A stretch of 64,000 nucleotides of DNA from NCBI GenBank assembly GCA_041393015.1, contig JAWKKV010000002.1, forward strand, positions 513,279 through 577,278, in the 5' to 3' direction. Below the pieces are notes generated by a model. That model was not told the origin of the DNA and ran no database searches. It saw only the letters and a list, made by a program, of their open reading frames with translations. Each line of letters begins with the position of its first letter. The stretch's first letter is position 1. Positions 9,568 to 20,164 of this stretch are shown here, piece by piece. A program made the position numbers and the translations under genes. The stretch is from Chitinophagales bacterium. GTDB taxonomy: Bacteria > Bacteroidota > Bacteroidia > Chitinophagales > JADIYW01.

Positions 9568-10755
9568 CTATAAAAAACACATTCCCTCTCCACGATAGGT
9601 TTTTGCCTTTTCAACAATTTTTCCATTTTCAATTAAGGAAAGTTCATTGAACCGTTCACACAATTCGCCAGCTTTACTATGTCTTAAAAAGATAGGATCT
9701 CCAATTTTTAATTTAGTTTTCCCTTTGTAAACGATAGGTGTTTGAACTTCTCCGGCTCCTTCTTGATCCATTAATTTGGCATCTTCAGGCAAGTAGGGAA
9801 GAGGCGCCTTAATGGGTTCTATGCCACCGGAAGCAATATATCCTCCGCCTAAGCAAGTATAAACACCTTCTTTCGGTCGTCGAGTGATTTGTATAGCAAA
9901 ACCTGCTGCAGGCAGCAATGAAAAATTAGAGTAATAATCAAATAGATGAGAATTGTAAAATCCTGAGCCGACTGTTATCTCAGTAACCGCTTCTTCCGAA
10001 CAAGTACTTTCCATACTTCCGGTTCCGCCACCATTTACAAAATCTAATTTTACTTCTTTCGTTTTTAAATAATTAACAGCTTCTTTTCTAAACTGTCTAA
10101 TTTGAGGAATAGAAACTGCTTTTAAACCTTTAATAGTTGTATTCATAAAAAACTTACCGGTTACATTATCGCCTACACCAGCAATTTGAGCTTCATATCC
10201 CATTAATCCCTTGATGACTACTTTGTCCGATAAAAGCACTTTTTCCACAAATTTTGTAAAGTCCTTCATTGATCTTAAAGATGAACGCCAAACACCAAAG
10301 TGAAGTCCAGGAAAATCTACCGACATATCAATATCAATACAAATTGGCATTTTAATATTGGCATCTTTTAAAGCTTCTTCAATAATATGAATATGCTCCA
10401 TTCTATCTACCATCATATAAATCTTGGCACCTGCCTTAACTTTTTGAGCGATTGCTTGTATATGCGGTGGATGAACAATAGGATAGGCCAAAATAATATC
10501 GTCAAATCTATTTTCTGATAAATAAACGGCTTCCTCCGCTGTAAAACACATGATGCCTTTAAATTGATCACTAGATTGCAATATTCGCTCCATTACACTT
10601 TTACAACGAATAGATTTTGAGGCTATTCTAATGTTTTTACCTTTTGCTCTTTCTATTAAAACATCAATATTTTGATGCATCAAATCGAGGTCAACATAAG
10701 CCAATGGCATCCTCTGACCTTTGAATATAGACTTGTAGTATTTATACTTTGACAT
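9568..10755 (-). CDS. PLP-dependent fold-type III enzyme (alanine racemase N-domain-like; amino-acid racemase/aldolase/deaminase family)
   Basis: 395 aa with an alanine-racemase-like N-terminal barrel (..IRIASKSIRCKSV..). It is first in a co-directional cluster with the aldehyde dehydrogenase and GMC oxidoreductase. Confidence 0.5.
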   Translation of the reverse strand: MSKYKYYKSIFKGQRMPLAYVDLDLMHQNIDVLIERAKGKNIRIASKSIRCKSVMERILQSSDQFKGIMCFTAEEAVYLSENRFDDIILAYPIVHPPHIQAIAQKVKAGAKIYMMVDRMEHIHIIEEALKDANIKMPICIDIDMSVDFPGLHFGVWRSSLRSMKDFTKFVEKVLLSDKVVIKGLMGYEAQIAGVGDNVTGKFFMNTTIKGLKAVSIPQIRQFRKEAVNYLKTKEVKLDFVNGGGTGSMESTCSEEAVTEITVGSGFYNSHLFDYYSNFSLLPAAGFAIQITRRPKEGVYTCLGGGYIASGGIEPIKAPLPYLPEDAKLMDQEGAGEVQTPIVYKGKTKLKIGDPIFLRHSKAGELCERFNELSLIENGKIVEKAKTYRGEGMCFL

Positions 10756-11021
10756 AACACGTCGAATCTACTAAACTTTACTTTACCAAATTCTTATAAT
10801 AAAAGATTAACTATTAAATTATTACAGTTTACACTTTGAGATAATTTAAAATTATCATACACCATTGATATCTTAATTTGAAATAGGCAATTTCAAAACT
10901 TTAAAAGATAAAAACACTTGCTTTAATCTTAGGTTAACAAATGCTTCAACTCATCAAGTTGGTGAGGCTATATCAATTTTGTTTTTGTAAATTTTGGTTT
11001 TTTAAATTAATAAATAATATA

Positions 11022-11843
11022 ATGGGAGATCTAAAAGGTAAAACTGTATTTATTACTGGAGGTAGCAGAGGTATTGGGAAAGCTATAGGTATCAGATTGG
11101 CTAAAGAAGGCGCTAATATTGTAATTGCTGCAAAAACAGCAGAAGAACATCCAAAATTACCGGGAACTATCTATTCTGCAGCAAAAGAAATTGAGGATGC
11201 AGGTGGAAAAGCTTTGCCTGTGATCATGGATATAAGATCAGAAGAAATGGTAGAAGCGGCCGTTTCTATTGCGGTTGAAGAATTTGGTGGCATTGATATT
11301 TTAATTAATAATGCTAGTGCTATTAATTTGTCTCCTACACTTCAACTTCCAATGAAGCGATATGACTTAATGCACCAAGTTAATACAAGAGGTACATTTA
11401 TGACCTCTCAAAAATGTATTCCCTACTTGAAACAAGCACAAAATCCACATATTTTGAATTTATCTCCTCCTTTAAATATGGAACCGAGATGGTTTGGTAC
11501 TTTTCCTGCTTATTCAATAGCTAAATATGGCATGAGTATGTGCGTGTTAGGTATGGCAGAAGAGTTTAAAGGTGATGGCATCGCAGTGAATGCCTTATGG
11601 CCAAGAACTACTATTGCTACTGCTGCCGTTCAGAATTTATTAGGTGGTGATCAAATTATTCAGCAAAGTAGAACACCTGAAATTATGGGCGACGCTGCTT
11701 ACTATATTTTAAGAAGAAACAGCAAGGATTGTACTGGTAATTTCTTTATAGATGATGAAGTACTGGATAGTGAAGGTTTTACTGATCTATCTAATTATGC
11801 CATCAATCCAGACAATGAATTAATGCCTGATTTCTTTGTGTAA
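11022..11843 (+). CDS. short-chain dehydrogenase/reductase (SDR)
   Basis: TGGSRGIGKAIG Rossmann motif, and a catalytic YxxxK (YSIAKYG). The start was moved to the internal ATG at 11022 (MGDLKGK) because the upstream extension is implausible. Confidence 0.8.
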   Translation: MGDLKGKTVFITGGSRGIGKAIGIRLAKEGANIVIAAKTAEEHPKLPGTIYSAAKEIEDAGGKALPVIMDIRSEEMVEAAVSIAVEEFGGIDILINNASAINLSPTLQLPMKRYDLMHQVNTRGTFMTSQKCIPYLKQAQNPHILNLSPPLNMEPRWFGTFPAYSIAKYGMSMCVLGMAEEFKGDGIAVNALWPRTTIATAAVQNLLGGDQIIQQSRTPEIMGDAAYYILRRNSKDCTGNFFIDDEVLDSEGFTDLSNYAINPDNELMPDFFV

Positions 11844-11869
11844 CCTAAATCTTAAAAATTAAAATCTTC

Positions 11870-13996
11870 ATGAGACAATTCTTCCTTTTTTTATCCCTAA
11901 TTCAATTTACTGTTATTTATGCCGGTGGAAACAAGGATAAGGAATATTATATGCCGGATTATATCCATACTGAATCTATTCAAATAGTAAGAGATTCCTT
12001 TGGTGTGCCACATATTTTTGCTCCCACTGATGCAGAAGTAGCCTATGGTTTGGCTTGGGCAACTTTAGAAGATGATTCCAAGACGGCTCAATTCTTATAT
12101 TTTGCCTCAAAAGGATTATTGGGAAGACATGAAGGAATTCAAGGTGCTATTATTGACTATGCGGTGCAGTTAACGAGAGTTCGAGATGAAGCCGTAACTT
12201 ATTTAGACAACTGTCCTGAAGATTTTAAGAAAGTAGTAGAATCCTATTGTGCCGGTGTAAACGCTTACCTCGCTAACCATTGGGATGAACTATTGATTAA
12301 AAAAGCATTTCCGTTAGAACCTGTTGATGTGATTTCAGGCTATATGCTTGGTATGTCTTTAATGGCAGGCATTGATGGTGCTTTAAAATCAATTGTTGAG
12401 GAGAAAATGGCAGAACATATTCCAGACCAACCAGATTATCCTATTATTGGCTCAAATGCTATTGCTTTCAATCAGAATATCACTAAAGACGGCAACACCT
12501 ATTTAGATATTAATTCTCATCAACCCTTAGAAGGTATTTTATCTTGGTATGAAGCACACCTTTGTAGTGAGGAAGGATTAAATATCACAGGATCTTTGTT
12601 TCATGGTGGATTATCCATCTTTCACGGTACCAATGAAAATTTAGGTTGGGCACACACGGTAGGCGCTTTCGACAAGAAGGATATTTTCGTTTTAAAAATG
12701 AAAGAAGGTAGTAAGTTGTATTATCAATATGGAGATGAATACAAGAAACTTGAAAAAGGAGCTGCGAAGCTTAGAGTAGGCTTGGGTAAAAATCACAATT
12801 TGGTGCTACCAGTGAGAAAGAAAATTTATTGGAGTGAATTTGGTCCGACATTAAAAACAAAAGAAGGCGTGTTTGCCTTAAAAATGCCAGCGTTAATGGC
12901 ACCTGAAGTAGCAGAGCAATGGTGGCGAATGAACAAAGCCAAAAATTTTGAAGAGTTTAAGTCTATTTTAAGTCAGCAAGGAATGGCGCAAATGAATGTT
13001 TGTTATGCTGATATGGAAGGCAACATCTACCTTTTAGCCAACGGATTGATTCCTAAACGAAAAGAAGGGTTGGATTGGGAGCAACCGGTTTGGGGCACAG
13101 GACCAGATGTAAATTGGACAGAATATTATTCCATTGATGAATTGGCACATTTTGAGAATCCAGAATGCGGTTATGTTTTTAACACTAACAATTCTGCTTT
13201 TCATGGAACGGCTCCTGAAGAAAATTTAGATCCGAGTAAGTTCAGCGAAAACATGGGCTATAATTTGGTAGTTAATAACAGAAGTGCTCGTTTTTATCAA
13301 TTAATGGAACAATATGATGCTGTTGATTGGCAAGACTTTTTAGACATTAAGTATGATCATCAATATGTTAGTGATACTTTTTATTTCTTAAAAGAATTTC
13401 CAATTATGGACGTCTTTAATGTTTCTGCAGAAGAACATCCCGATTTAGCTGATGCCATTGAACATTTTGATAATTGGAACTGGAAAACTGATAGTTTAAA
13501 TCTTGATTTTCCAATAGTTGCTTATACACTTTATGAAATCTACTATCGATCAACTGCGGAGCAAGAGAAACTGTTTCAAGAAGATTCAGTGGCAAGAAAG
13601 AAATTCTTTGTGGATTGTATGCGATTGGCTAAAAACCACATGATGACCACTTTCGGCACTATGGAAATTCCTTTTGGTAGAGTGCACGGGCTGAAGCGTG
13701 GTGACAAATGGGTGCCTTTAAATGGCGGACCGGAAAACATTAGAGCGGCAGCGGCTAAAAAAATTGAGGATGGTAGATTAGCCGTTTGGGTAGGAGATTC
13801 TTTTATTCAATTAGTGAAATTTACCAAAGATGGTCCAGAGATTTATAGCATTAGTCCTTATGGCGCTTCAAACAAACCTGAAAGTCCGCACTATACCGAC
13901 CAAATGGAAATGTTCTCGAAGCAACAAATGAAGAAAATGAGTTTGGATAAAAATTACTGGCTACAAAGAGCAGAAGCCATTTACAATCCTAAGTAA
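11870..13996 (+). CDS. penicillin-acylase-family Ntn hydrolase (possible acyl-homoserine-lactone acylase), secreted
   Basis: Signal peptide. A spacer ending ...PIIG, followed by an SNAIAF nucleophile-Ser motif typical of S45 acylases. 708 aa. Confidence 0.7.
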   Translation: MRQFFLFLSLIQFTVIYAGGNKDKEYYMPDYIHTESIQIVRDSFGVPHIFAPTDAEVAYGLAWATLEDDSKTAQFLYFASKGLLGRHEGIQGAIIDYAVQLTRVRDEAVTYLDNCPEDFKKVVESYCAGVNAYLANHWDELLIKKAFPLEPVDVISGYMLGMSLMAGIDGALKSIVEEKMAEHIPDQPDYPIIGSNAIAFNQNITKDGNTYLDINSHQPLEGILSWYEAHLCSEEGLNITGSLFHGGLSIFHGTNENLGWAHTVGAFDKKDIFVLKMKEGSKLYYQYGDEYKKLEKGAAKLRVGLGKNHNLVLPVRKKIYWSEFGPTLKTKEGVFALKMPALMAPEVAEQWWRMNKAKNFEEFKSILSQQGMAQMNVCYADMEGNIYLLANGLIPKRKEGLDWEQPVWGTGPDVNWTEYYSIDELAHFENPECGYVFNTNNSAFHGTAPEENLDPSKFSENMGYNLVVNNRSARFYQLMEQYDAVDWQDFLDIKYDHQYVSDTFYFLKEFPIMDVFNVSAEEHPDLADAIEHFDNWNWKTDSLNLDFPIVAYTLYEIYYRSTAEQEKLFQEDSVARKKFFVDCMRLAKNHMMTTFGTMEIPFGRVHGLKRGDKWVPLNGGPENIRAAAAKKIEDGRLAVWVGDSFIQLVKFTKDGPEIYSISPYGASNKPESPHYTDQMEMFSKQQMKKMSLDKNYWLQRAEAIYNPK

Positions 13997-14043
13997 TCTT
14001 CAAGATTCAAGATTTAATAAGTTTCTTAATAATAAAGGGGCAG

Positions 14044-14451
14044 TTATTTTTTAATCGATTGTTTTAAAAGTAATTGCCCAACTAATTCTGAAACAATCCA
14101 TTCTTCTGTAATTTTAGTCCCTTCAAATCGACTGATAACCATTTCATTCCACTTTATCTTTTTACCAGATGGTGGAATGCCCATCATATTGGCATTATGA
14201 GTGCCTTGTAGTGTACGCTGCCAAGAAATAACCTTATCATTTTCAATAAAAACTTCAACACTTACAACACTAATATCTGGAATGGCAGATCGAAGTTGCT
14301 TAGAAAATTTTTTAATGAAATCATGGCCACGAAATTCCTTGTTATCCGCATGAGCTAAATAATTGACAGAAAAAACATCCTCAATTATGTCCAAATTTCC
14401 GCTACCAATTAGTTGATCAACGGCATATCTGATTTGATTTTCTCTACTCAT
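14044..14451 (-). CDS. SnoaL-like / ester-cyclase-family protein
   Basis: 135 aa with NTF2-like fold sequence features (...FIEND.V.SW...G.HNANMMGIPP.GK). Confidence 0.5.
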   Translation of the reverse strand: MSRENQIRYAVDQLIGSGNLDIIEDVFSVNYLAHADNKEFRGHDFIKKFSKQLRSAIPDISVVSVEVFIENDKVISWQRTLQGTHNANMMGIPPSGKKIKWNEMVISRFEGTKITEEWIVSELVGQLLLKQSIKK

Positions 14452-14459
14452 TAATTCAC

Positions 14460-15230
14460 CTAGAACTTCAAATGTTTAACCGTCAATCCTTTATTGATCA
14501 ATTGATTTAAAGAATCTATACCAATTTTAATGTGTTGATCCACATAGTTGGTGGTTACCAATTTATCACTTTTCTTAGTTTTTACACCTTCAGGAATCAT
14601 CGGTTGATCACTCACTAAAAGCAAGGCTCCGGTTGGAATAGAATTGGCAAAACCAGTTATAAATATGGTAGCGGTCTCCATATCGATACCCATTACTCTA
14701 ATTTCTCTCAAGTACTCTTTAAACTCTTCATCATGCTCCCAAACCCTTCTGTTTGTAGTATATACCGTTCCCGTCCAGTAATCAAAATTATGATCTCTTA
14801 TAGTAGTAGAAACCGCCTTCTGCAAATTAAAAGAGGGTAGTGCCGGCACTTCTTGTGGGAAGTAATCATCAGAAGTTCCTTCACCTCTAATCGCAGCAAT
14901 AGGCAAAATAAAATCACCCAATTTATTCTTCTTCTTTAAGCCACCACATTTACCTAAAAACAAAACAGCTTTAGGTTTAATAGAACTCAATAAGTCCATA
15001 ATAGTTGCAGCATTTGCGCTTCCCATTCCAAAGTTAATCATGGTAATATCGCCTGAAGTAGCATTCGGCATAGCTTTGCTTTTACCTTTAATCTTTACTC
15101 CTTGTATTTTAGCAAACAGCTCTAAATATTTCCCAAAATTTGTCAATAAAATATATTTGCCCAATTTATGATTGGCCACACCTGTATATCTTTCTAACCA
15201 ATTACTTACAATTTCTGCTTTTGTCTTCAT
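14460..15230 (-). CDS. nucleoside phosphorylase-family protein (AMP nucleosidase-like short form)
   Basis: 256 aa with the PNP/UDP phosphorylase fold hallmarks (GMGSANAA...MGIDMETATIF). Confidence 0.5.
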   Translation of the reverse strand: MKTKAEIVSNWLERYTGVANHKLGKYILLTNFGKYLELFAKIQGVKIKGKSKAMPNATSGDITMINFGMGSANAATIMDLLSSIKPKAVLFLGKCGGLKKKNKLGDFILPIAAIRGEGTSDDYFPQEVPALPSFNLQKAVSTTIRDHNFDYWTGTVYTTNRRVWEHDEEFKEYLREIRVMGIDMETATIFITGFANSIPTGALLLVSDQPMIPEGVKTKKSDKLVTTNYVDQHIKIGIDSLNQLINKGLTVKHLKF

Positions 15231-15375
15231 ACTCGTCTTTCTTTTGTCTTTTTATTCCCTTAAACATTTTTAGGGAAAATATATCTATTAAGCGTGCTAA
15301 ATTAGATAATATTTCACCATATTAGTTTAATTGGACAGTCAAAGGTACTGCCTAAACCATTGTAATGCAATAAAC

Positions 15376-15759
15376 ATGAAAGACTATAAACAATATTTTA
15401 CATTAAATGCGCCGCCTGAAATCGTTTATTTGGGACTTACCCGACCAGATACAATCGCTTTATGGACAGGCTTTGAAGCTCAAATGTCTACAGAAGAAAA
15501 TAGCGAATTCTCCTTGTGGGATGGAAACATTGTAGGCAAAAATCTGTTATTTGAAAAAGATAGAAAAATAGTGCAACAATGGTATTTTGGAGAGGAATCA
15601 GAAGATTCTATTGTCACTATAATCTTGCATCCTCATAAAAAGGGCACCTCTATTGAGTTACGACACACTAACATACCTGATGATGCGTATGATGATATGG
15701 TAGAAGGTTGGAACAATGCTTATTTTGGAAGTTTGCAGGAGTTTTATGAAGAAGAATAA
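15376..15759 (+). CDS. SRPBCC-superfamily protein (AHSA1/activator-of-Hsp90-ATPase-like)
   Basis: MKDYKQYFTLNAPPEIVYLGLT...LWTG is typical of the AHSA1 family. The ATG at 15376 was chosen over the longer TTG-initiated ORF. Confidence 0.6.
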   Translation: MKDYKQYFTLNAPPEIVYLGLTRPDTIALWTGFEAQMSTEENSEFSLWDGNIVGKNLLFEKDRKIVQQWYFGEESEDSIVTIILHPHKKGTSIELRHTNIPDDAYDDMVEGWNNAYFGSLQEFYEEE

Positions 15760-15854
15760 ATAAAATCCCTTCTAATTAACAAGATATAACAACTGAATTT
15801 TACAAAGTGGAATAATTTATGTAATCTTCTTTTTAGAAATTAACACATCACTGC

Positions 15855-17783
15855 ATGAGAAACCTAATCGTTTTAATTTGTCTTTCATTTACTGTGCTAG
15901 TAAATGCTCAAGATTATGAGAAACTTGACTACTATTTAAATAAATATCCTGGCGATAATGTAGTCAATAGTTTAATGAGTACGCATTTAGTGATAGATTA
16001 TGGTGATAACGGTATTCCAAAAGTGCTGATGACGGATATAGAAAGATCGATTTATTTAAAAGACAACGCCGCTTCCTTTTCTTCCGGTTCCGTAACGCAT
16101 TCTGAGCATTACAAAATCAAATCACTTGACGTTTATTCCTTGATTCCGAATGGCAATAAATTTAAAAAGCTAAAGGTGGAAGACTTTGCCAAGAAAACAG
16201 AATTTAGTCCGGGTATTTTCCATAATGGAACAGAATCTTTGAATTTCATTTATCCATCTTTATCGAAAGGAGCCATTTCTGTAAAAGAAAACACAATGGA
16301 ATTAAGCATTCCTCAGTTGTTATCCGGTTTTTATATTCAAGATTATTACCCCACTGAAAAAATGGAAATAACCATTGAAGTAGCAGATGGTATTGAACTA
16401 GAATTTTCCTACATCAATGCAGAAGAAGATAAGTATAAACCAACCATTACCCCTACAAAAAAAGGTAAATTATATAAATGGTTGTTAACTGATATTCCTG
16501 CTTTTGAGTTTGAAAGCGATGCGCCAAGTATTACTTATTACACGCCTCATATTGTTCCTAGAATTGCATCTTACCAAAAAGATGGAGAAAAGGTGAGGTT
16601 GTTGTCTACTGTAGACGATTTATACCAATGGTATTACTCTTTAATTGAGCAAACAGATAAAACTTCGAATGACGAAATCAAAGCTGTGGTTGATTCATTA
16701 ACTGCTGGTGTTACGGATGAATTGGAAAAAATTAGTCGAATTTACTATTGGGCACAAGACAATATCCGTTATGTAGCTTTTGAGGAAGGCATGCAAGGCT
16801 TTATTCCTGAAAATGCAGAAAATGTTTGTAGTAAAAAATATGGCGATTGTAAAGGCATTACTTCTTTATTGTATACCATGATGAGAGACGCCGGCATTGA
16901 AGCCTATTTCACTTGGGTAGGCACACGAGATCGACCTTATCGCTATGAAGATGTTCCAGCGCCCATTGTAGATAATCACATGATTTTATCTTACAAACAC
17001 GATGGAAAATTCTACTTTATTGACGGCACATCCAATACCAGTCCGGTAGGTGAACCAACGGCTTTTATTCAAGGAAAAGAAGTATTAATTGCCATTGATA
17101 AAAATGAATATAAGGTTATTGAAGTGCCTGTTCATTCTTATGATTACACCACTTATTCTGATACTGTTTTCCTTACTTTAGATGAGGAAGAAGGATCGCT
17201 AAAAGGCAAAGGCAAATCAAGCCTCTCGGGTTTTTATAATACTCGATTAAAAGGCTATTTAAAATTGAGTTCAAAAGATGAACAAAAACGATTTTTAGAA
17301 AGCTACTTGGAAAAAGGACATAATAAGTTTGAGTTGGACACTTTTAATGTTTCTGATATTACCAATAGGATGGAGGCATTAAAGATCGATTATGATTTCT
17401 CTTTAGCGGATTATGTTTCTAAAAATGAAGATGAGATCTACGTCAATCTAACTTTAGATAAAACGTACAGCGATTTCAATTTAAATCCAAAAAGAAAAGT
17501 GCCGTATGAAAAACCCTTTAAATCTAAGAATGATTTAACGGTAATTTTAGATATTCCTGCAGGTTATGAAGCTACTTACATTCCTGAAAATCAAGAATTT
17601 AAAAAGGACCAATTTGGCTTCAGCTTTAATGTGTCGCAACAAGGTAATCAAATCATTCAAAAGTTTACCATGTACGATGATTTCCTATTATTAGGGCAAG
17701 AAAACTTTGATGATTGGAACAAAATGATTCGTTCAATTAAAAAGGTAAATCGCGAATCTATTATCCTAAACAAAATAAAATAA
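15855..17783 (+). CDS. secreted transglutaminase-like cysteine protease-family protein (DUF3857/DUF3858-type)
   Basis: Signal peptide; a transglutaminase core with a Cys in the context KKYGDCKGITSLLYTMMRDAGIEAYF. Confidence 0.7.
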   Translation: MRNLIVLICLSFTVLVNAQDYEKLDYYLNKYPGDNVVNSLMSTHLVIDYGDNGIPKVLMTDIERSIYLKDNAASFSSGSVTHSEHYKIKSLDVYSLIPNGNKFKKLKVEDFAKKTEFSPGIFHNGTESLNFIYPSLSKGAISVKENTMELSIPQLLSGFYIQDYYPTEKMEITIEVADGIELEFSYINAEEDKYKPTITPTKKGKLYKWLLTDIPAFEFESDAPSITYYTPHIVPRIASYQKDGEKVRLLSTVDDLYQWYYSLIEQTDKTSNDEIKAVVDSLTAGVTDELEKISRIYYWAQDNIRYVAFEEGMQGFIPENAENVCSKKYGDCKGITSLLYTMMRDAGIEAYFTWVGTRDRPYRYEDVPAPIVDNHMILSYKHDGKFYFIDGTSNTSPVGEPTAFIQGKEVLIAIDKNEYKVIEVPVHSYDYTTYSDTVFLTLDEEEGSLKGKGKSSLSGFYNTRLKGYLKLSSKDEQKRFLESYLEKGHNKFELDTFNVSDITNRMEALKIDYDFSLADYVSKNEDEIYVNLTLDKTYSDFNLNPKRKVPYEKPFKSKNDLTVILDIPAGYEATYIPENQEFKKDQFGFSFNVSQQGNQIIQKFTMYDDFLLLGQENFDDWNKMIRSIKKVNRESIILNKIK

Positions 17784-17791
17784 GCTTATAA

Positions 17792-19765
17792 ATGAAGGGC
17801 CATTCTAAATCAATTTTTACCATTCTATTTGCCTTATTGTTGACCAGCACTAATTTATGGGCGCAAACCGTAACACCCGATTACTTAGATTACGATTGGG
17901 ACAAAACGCCACTTTTTGAAGTGCCGGTTGAGGATAAAGATTTTAGTGAGATCGTAGTGAAAGATTTCAAATCTTTAGAATTTATCATTGAAGGCAATTA
18001 TTTTAATCAATATAATCTAGAACATCAAGTGATTTACATTGCCAGCGAAGCTGGAGTGGAAGATAATAACAAAGTGTTTCTATCTACTACAGAAAATGAA
18101 AATGTAGTGATGCAAAAAGCGAGAGTTATTAACTCAAAAGGCAATATCATTGAGTTTAATCAAAACGATATAAAAGAAGGTAAGGATGAGCAAAGTGGCT
18201 ACAACTTCAAATATTTTGCTTTGGATGGATTGGATATCGGCAGTTTTGTAGAGGTTATTTTTCTCACCAAAAAACCGGCAAGATACAGCGGTTACAAAGA
18301 AACCATTCAAACCTCTGTTCCAAAACACAATGTGGAATTTGAGTTAATTTGTGCAGAGCATTTACATTTTGCTTTTCTTTCTACCAATGGTTTAGATGAA
18401 GTACAGTTAGATACTTCATTAAATGATAAAAACTATTATAGACTAAAGGTTGATAGGATAGAAGCGCACGAGTACGAACCAATTTCATTCGGAGCGGCCA
18501 ATTTGCAATCAATTGTATACAAATTAGATGAGAATATCATTTCTGGTGCATCGAATATGACGTCATATACTACAGTAGTGAAAAACTATTACAGTTATAT
18601 GTACGATGATGTTTCTAAATCTGATCTAAAGAGTATTGGTAGCTTGATTAAGAAGATTGGCATTAACAATAATATGTATACCAAAGAAAAGGTGGAGCGA
18701 TTTGAAAGTTACATGAAAGAAAACTACGCTGTTTTACCATATGTTTTGCCTGAATATGAATCTATTGAAGCGCTTTTAGAAAACAAAGCCAGTAGCGAAA
18801 CGGCATTTATAAAATTATACGCCAATGCTTTGAAACTGATGAATGTTAAGCATGAGATTGTTCTGACTTCTGACAGAACCACTAGCAGGTTTGATGAGAA
18901 TTTTGAGGCCAATAATTACTTACAAACGGCTTTCTTTTATTTGCCCACCATCGACCAATATTTATCGCCATCAGCAGCTGAATTGAGATTAGGTTTTATC
19001 CCTTGGGAATACACATCCACTTATGGCTTGTTCATTAAACCTTTTACCTATGGCAAAGTCACTACCGGTTCGGGTAAAGTGAAATTTATTGAGCCTCTAG
19101 ATTATACGCATACTGCCTTCAATCACTACATCACTGTAGATATGACAGAAGATCCATTTGAGCCATTGATTTCGTTTGATGTGCAATTAAGCGGTTATAT
19201 GTCGTCATTTATGCAAACGGCTTATCAGTTTTTATCTGACGAAGAAAAGAAAAGAACGCATGAAGGTTTGATTGATATGATTGTTAAAGAAAGTAGCTCA
19301 GAAGGTTTAAAAGTAGTGAATGGTGAAGCCGCCTTGTTTGGCAAAAAACCATTGAGCTTACAAATAGAGTTAAAGTCGTTAAATTTCACTGAAAAGGCCG
19401 GAAACAAAGTGCTTTTTAAGGTGGGAGAGTTGATAGGGGAGCAAACCGAATTGTACAACGAAAAACCTAGAAAATATCCTATTGAGAACGATTACAACAG
19501 AGCATTTGATAGAGAAATCAAGATTATTTTACCGGACAATTATGTTGTTTCTAACTTAGAAAAATTGATTTTCGACAATGAAATGGAAGATGGAACGGCT
19601 ATTTTTAAGTCGAGCTATACTTTAGAAGACAACGTGCTTACTATTAAAATTGATGAGCATTATAACCGAATCAATTTCAGTTTAGACGAATTTGAGGAGT
19701 ATAAAAAAGTGATCAATGCTGCGGCAGATTTTAATAAAGTGGTGTTGTATTTAACGGAGAAGTAG
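17792..19765 (+). CDS. secreted paralog of the upstream transglutaminase-like protein, lacking the catalytic Cys core
   Basis: Signal peptide; similar size and composition. It starts 9 nt after the upstream gene, so it is probably co-transcribed. Confidence 0.45.
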   Translation: MKGHSKSIFTILFALLLTSTNLWAQTVTPDYLDYDWDKTPLFEVPVEDKDFSEIVVKDFKSLEFIIEGNYFNQYNLEHQVIYIASEAGVEDNNKVFLSTTENENVVMQKARVINSKGNIIEFNQNDIKEGKDEQSGYNFKYFALDGLDIGSFVEVIFLTKKPARYSGYKETIQTSVPKHNVEFELICAEHLHFAFLSTNGLDEVQLDTSLNDKNYYRLKVDRIEAHEYEPISFGAANLQSIVYKLDENIISGASNMTSYTTVVKNYYSYMYDDVSKSDLKSIGSLIKKIGINNNMYTKEKVERFESYMKENYAVLPYVLPEYESIEALLENKASSETAFIKLYANALKLMNVKHEIVLTSDRTTSRFDENFEANNYLQTAFFYLPTIDQYLSPSAAELRLGFIPWEYTSTYGLFIKPFTYGKVTTGSGKVKFIEPLDYTHTAFNHYITVDMTEDPFEPLISFDVQLSGYMSSFMQTAYQFLSDEEKKRTHEGLIDMIVKESSSEGLKVVNGEAALFGKKPLSLQIELKSLNFTEKAGNKVLFKVGELIGEQTELYNEKPRKYPIENDYNRAFDREIKIILPDNYVVSNLEKLIFDNEMEDGTAIFKSSYTLEDNVLTIKIDEHYNRINFSLDEFEEYKKVINAAADFNKVVLYLTEK

Positions 19766-19831
19766 TTGGCAAATTCAAATTCAAACGCAAATTCAAACGC
19801 AAATTCAATCTCAAAATCAAATTAAAACTAA
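19766..19831. repeat. short tandem repeat, about 5-6 degenerate units of a 12-bp motif (caaattcaaacg)
   Basis: Direct reading: caaattcaaattcaaacgcaaattcaaacgcaaattcaatctcaaaatcaaatt. Confidence 0.6.
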
Positions 19832-20053
19832 TTGTCACAAGATCCATCTGTTAATCCATTACAATTATTGGTAACCACCAGAATGCCATACGGCAAATAC
19901 AAAGGCACGTTGATTTGTGATATTCCTGAATATTATTTGGTTTGGTATCACGGACAAGGATTTCCAGAAGGAAAATTAGGAATGCTCTTATCTACGATGT
20001 ATGAAATTAAATTGAACGGTTTAGAATATTTGTTAAAGCCGTTGAGGAAGTAG
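19832..20053 (+). CDS. DUF3820-family small protein
   Basis: 73 aa with an MPYGKYKG...L...DIP..YL.W motif, typical of that family. Confidence 0.5.
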   Translation: MSQDPSVNPLQLLVTTRMPYGKYKGTLICDIPEYYLVWYHGQGFPEGKLGMLLSTMYEIKLNGLEYLLKPLRK

Positions 20054-20164
20054 TTTGGATTTACGGTTATTCGGTGTTTCGGATTTTCGGTTGTCAGAAA
20101 TCAGATAATGGAAGTAAATATATTATTCTTTTCTTTTGCTTTATCCAAAAGAAACAAAAGACAA

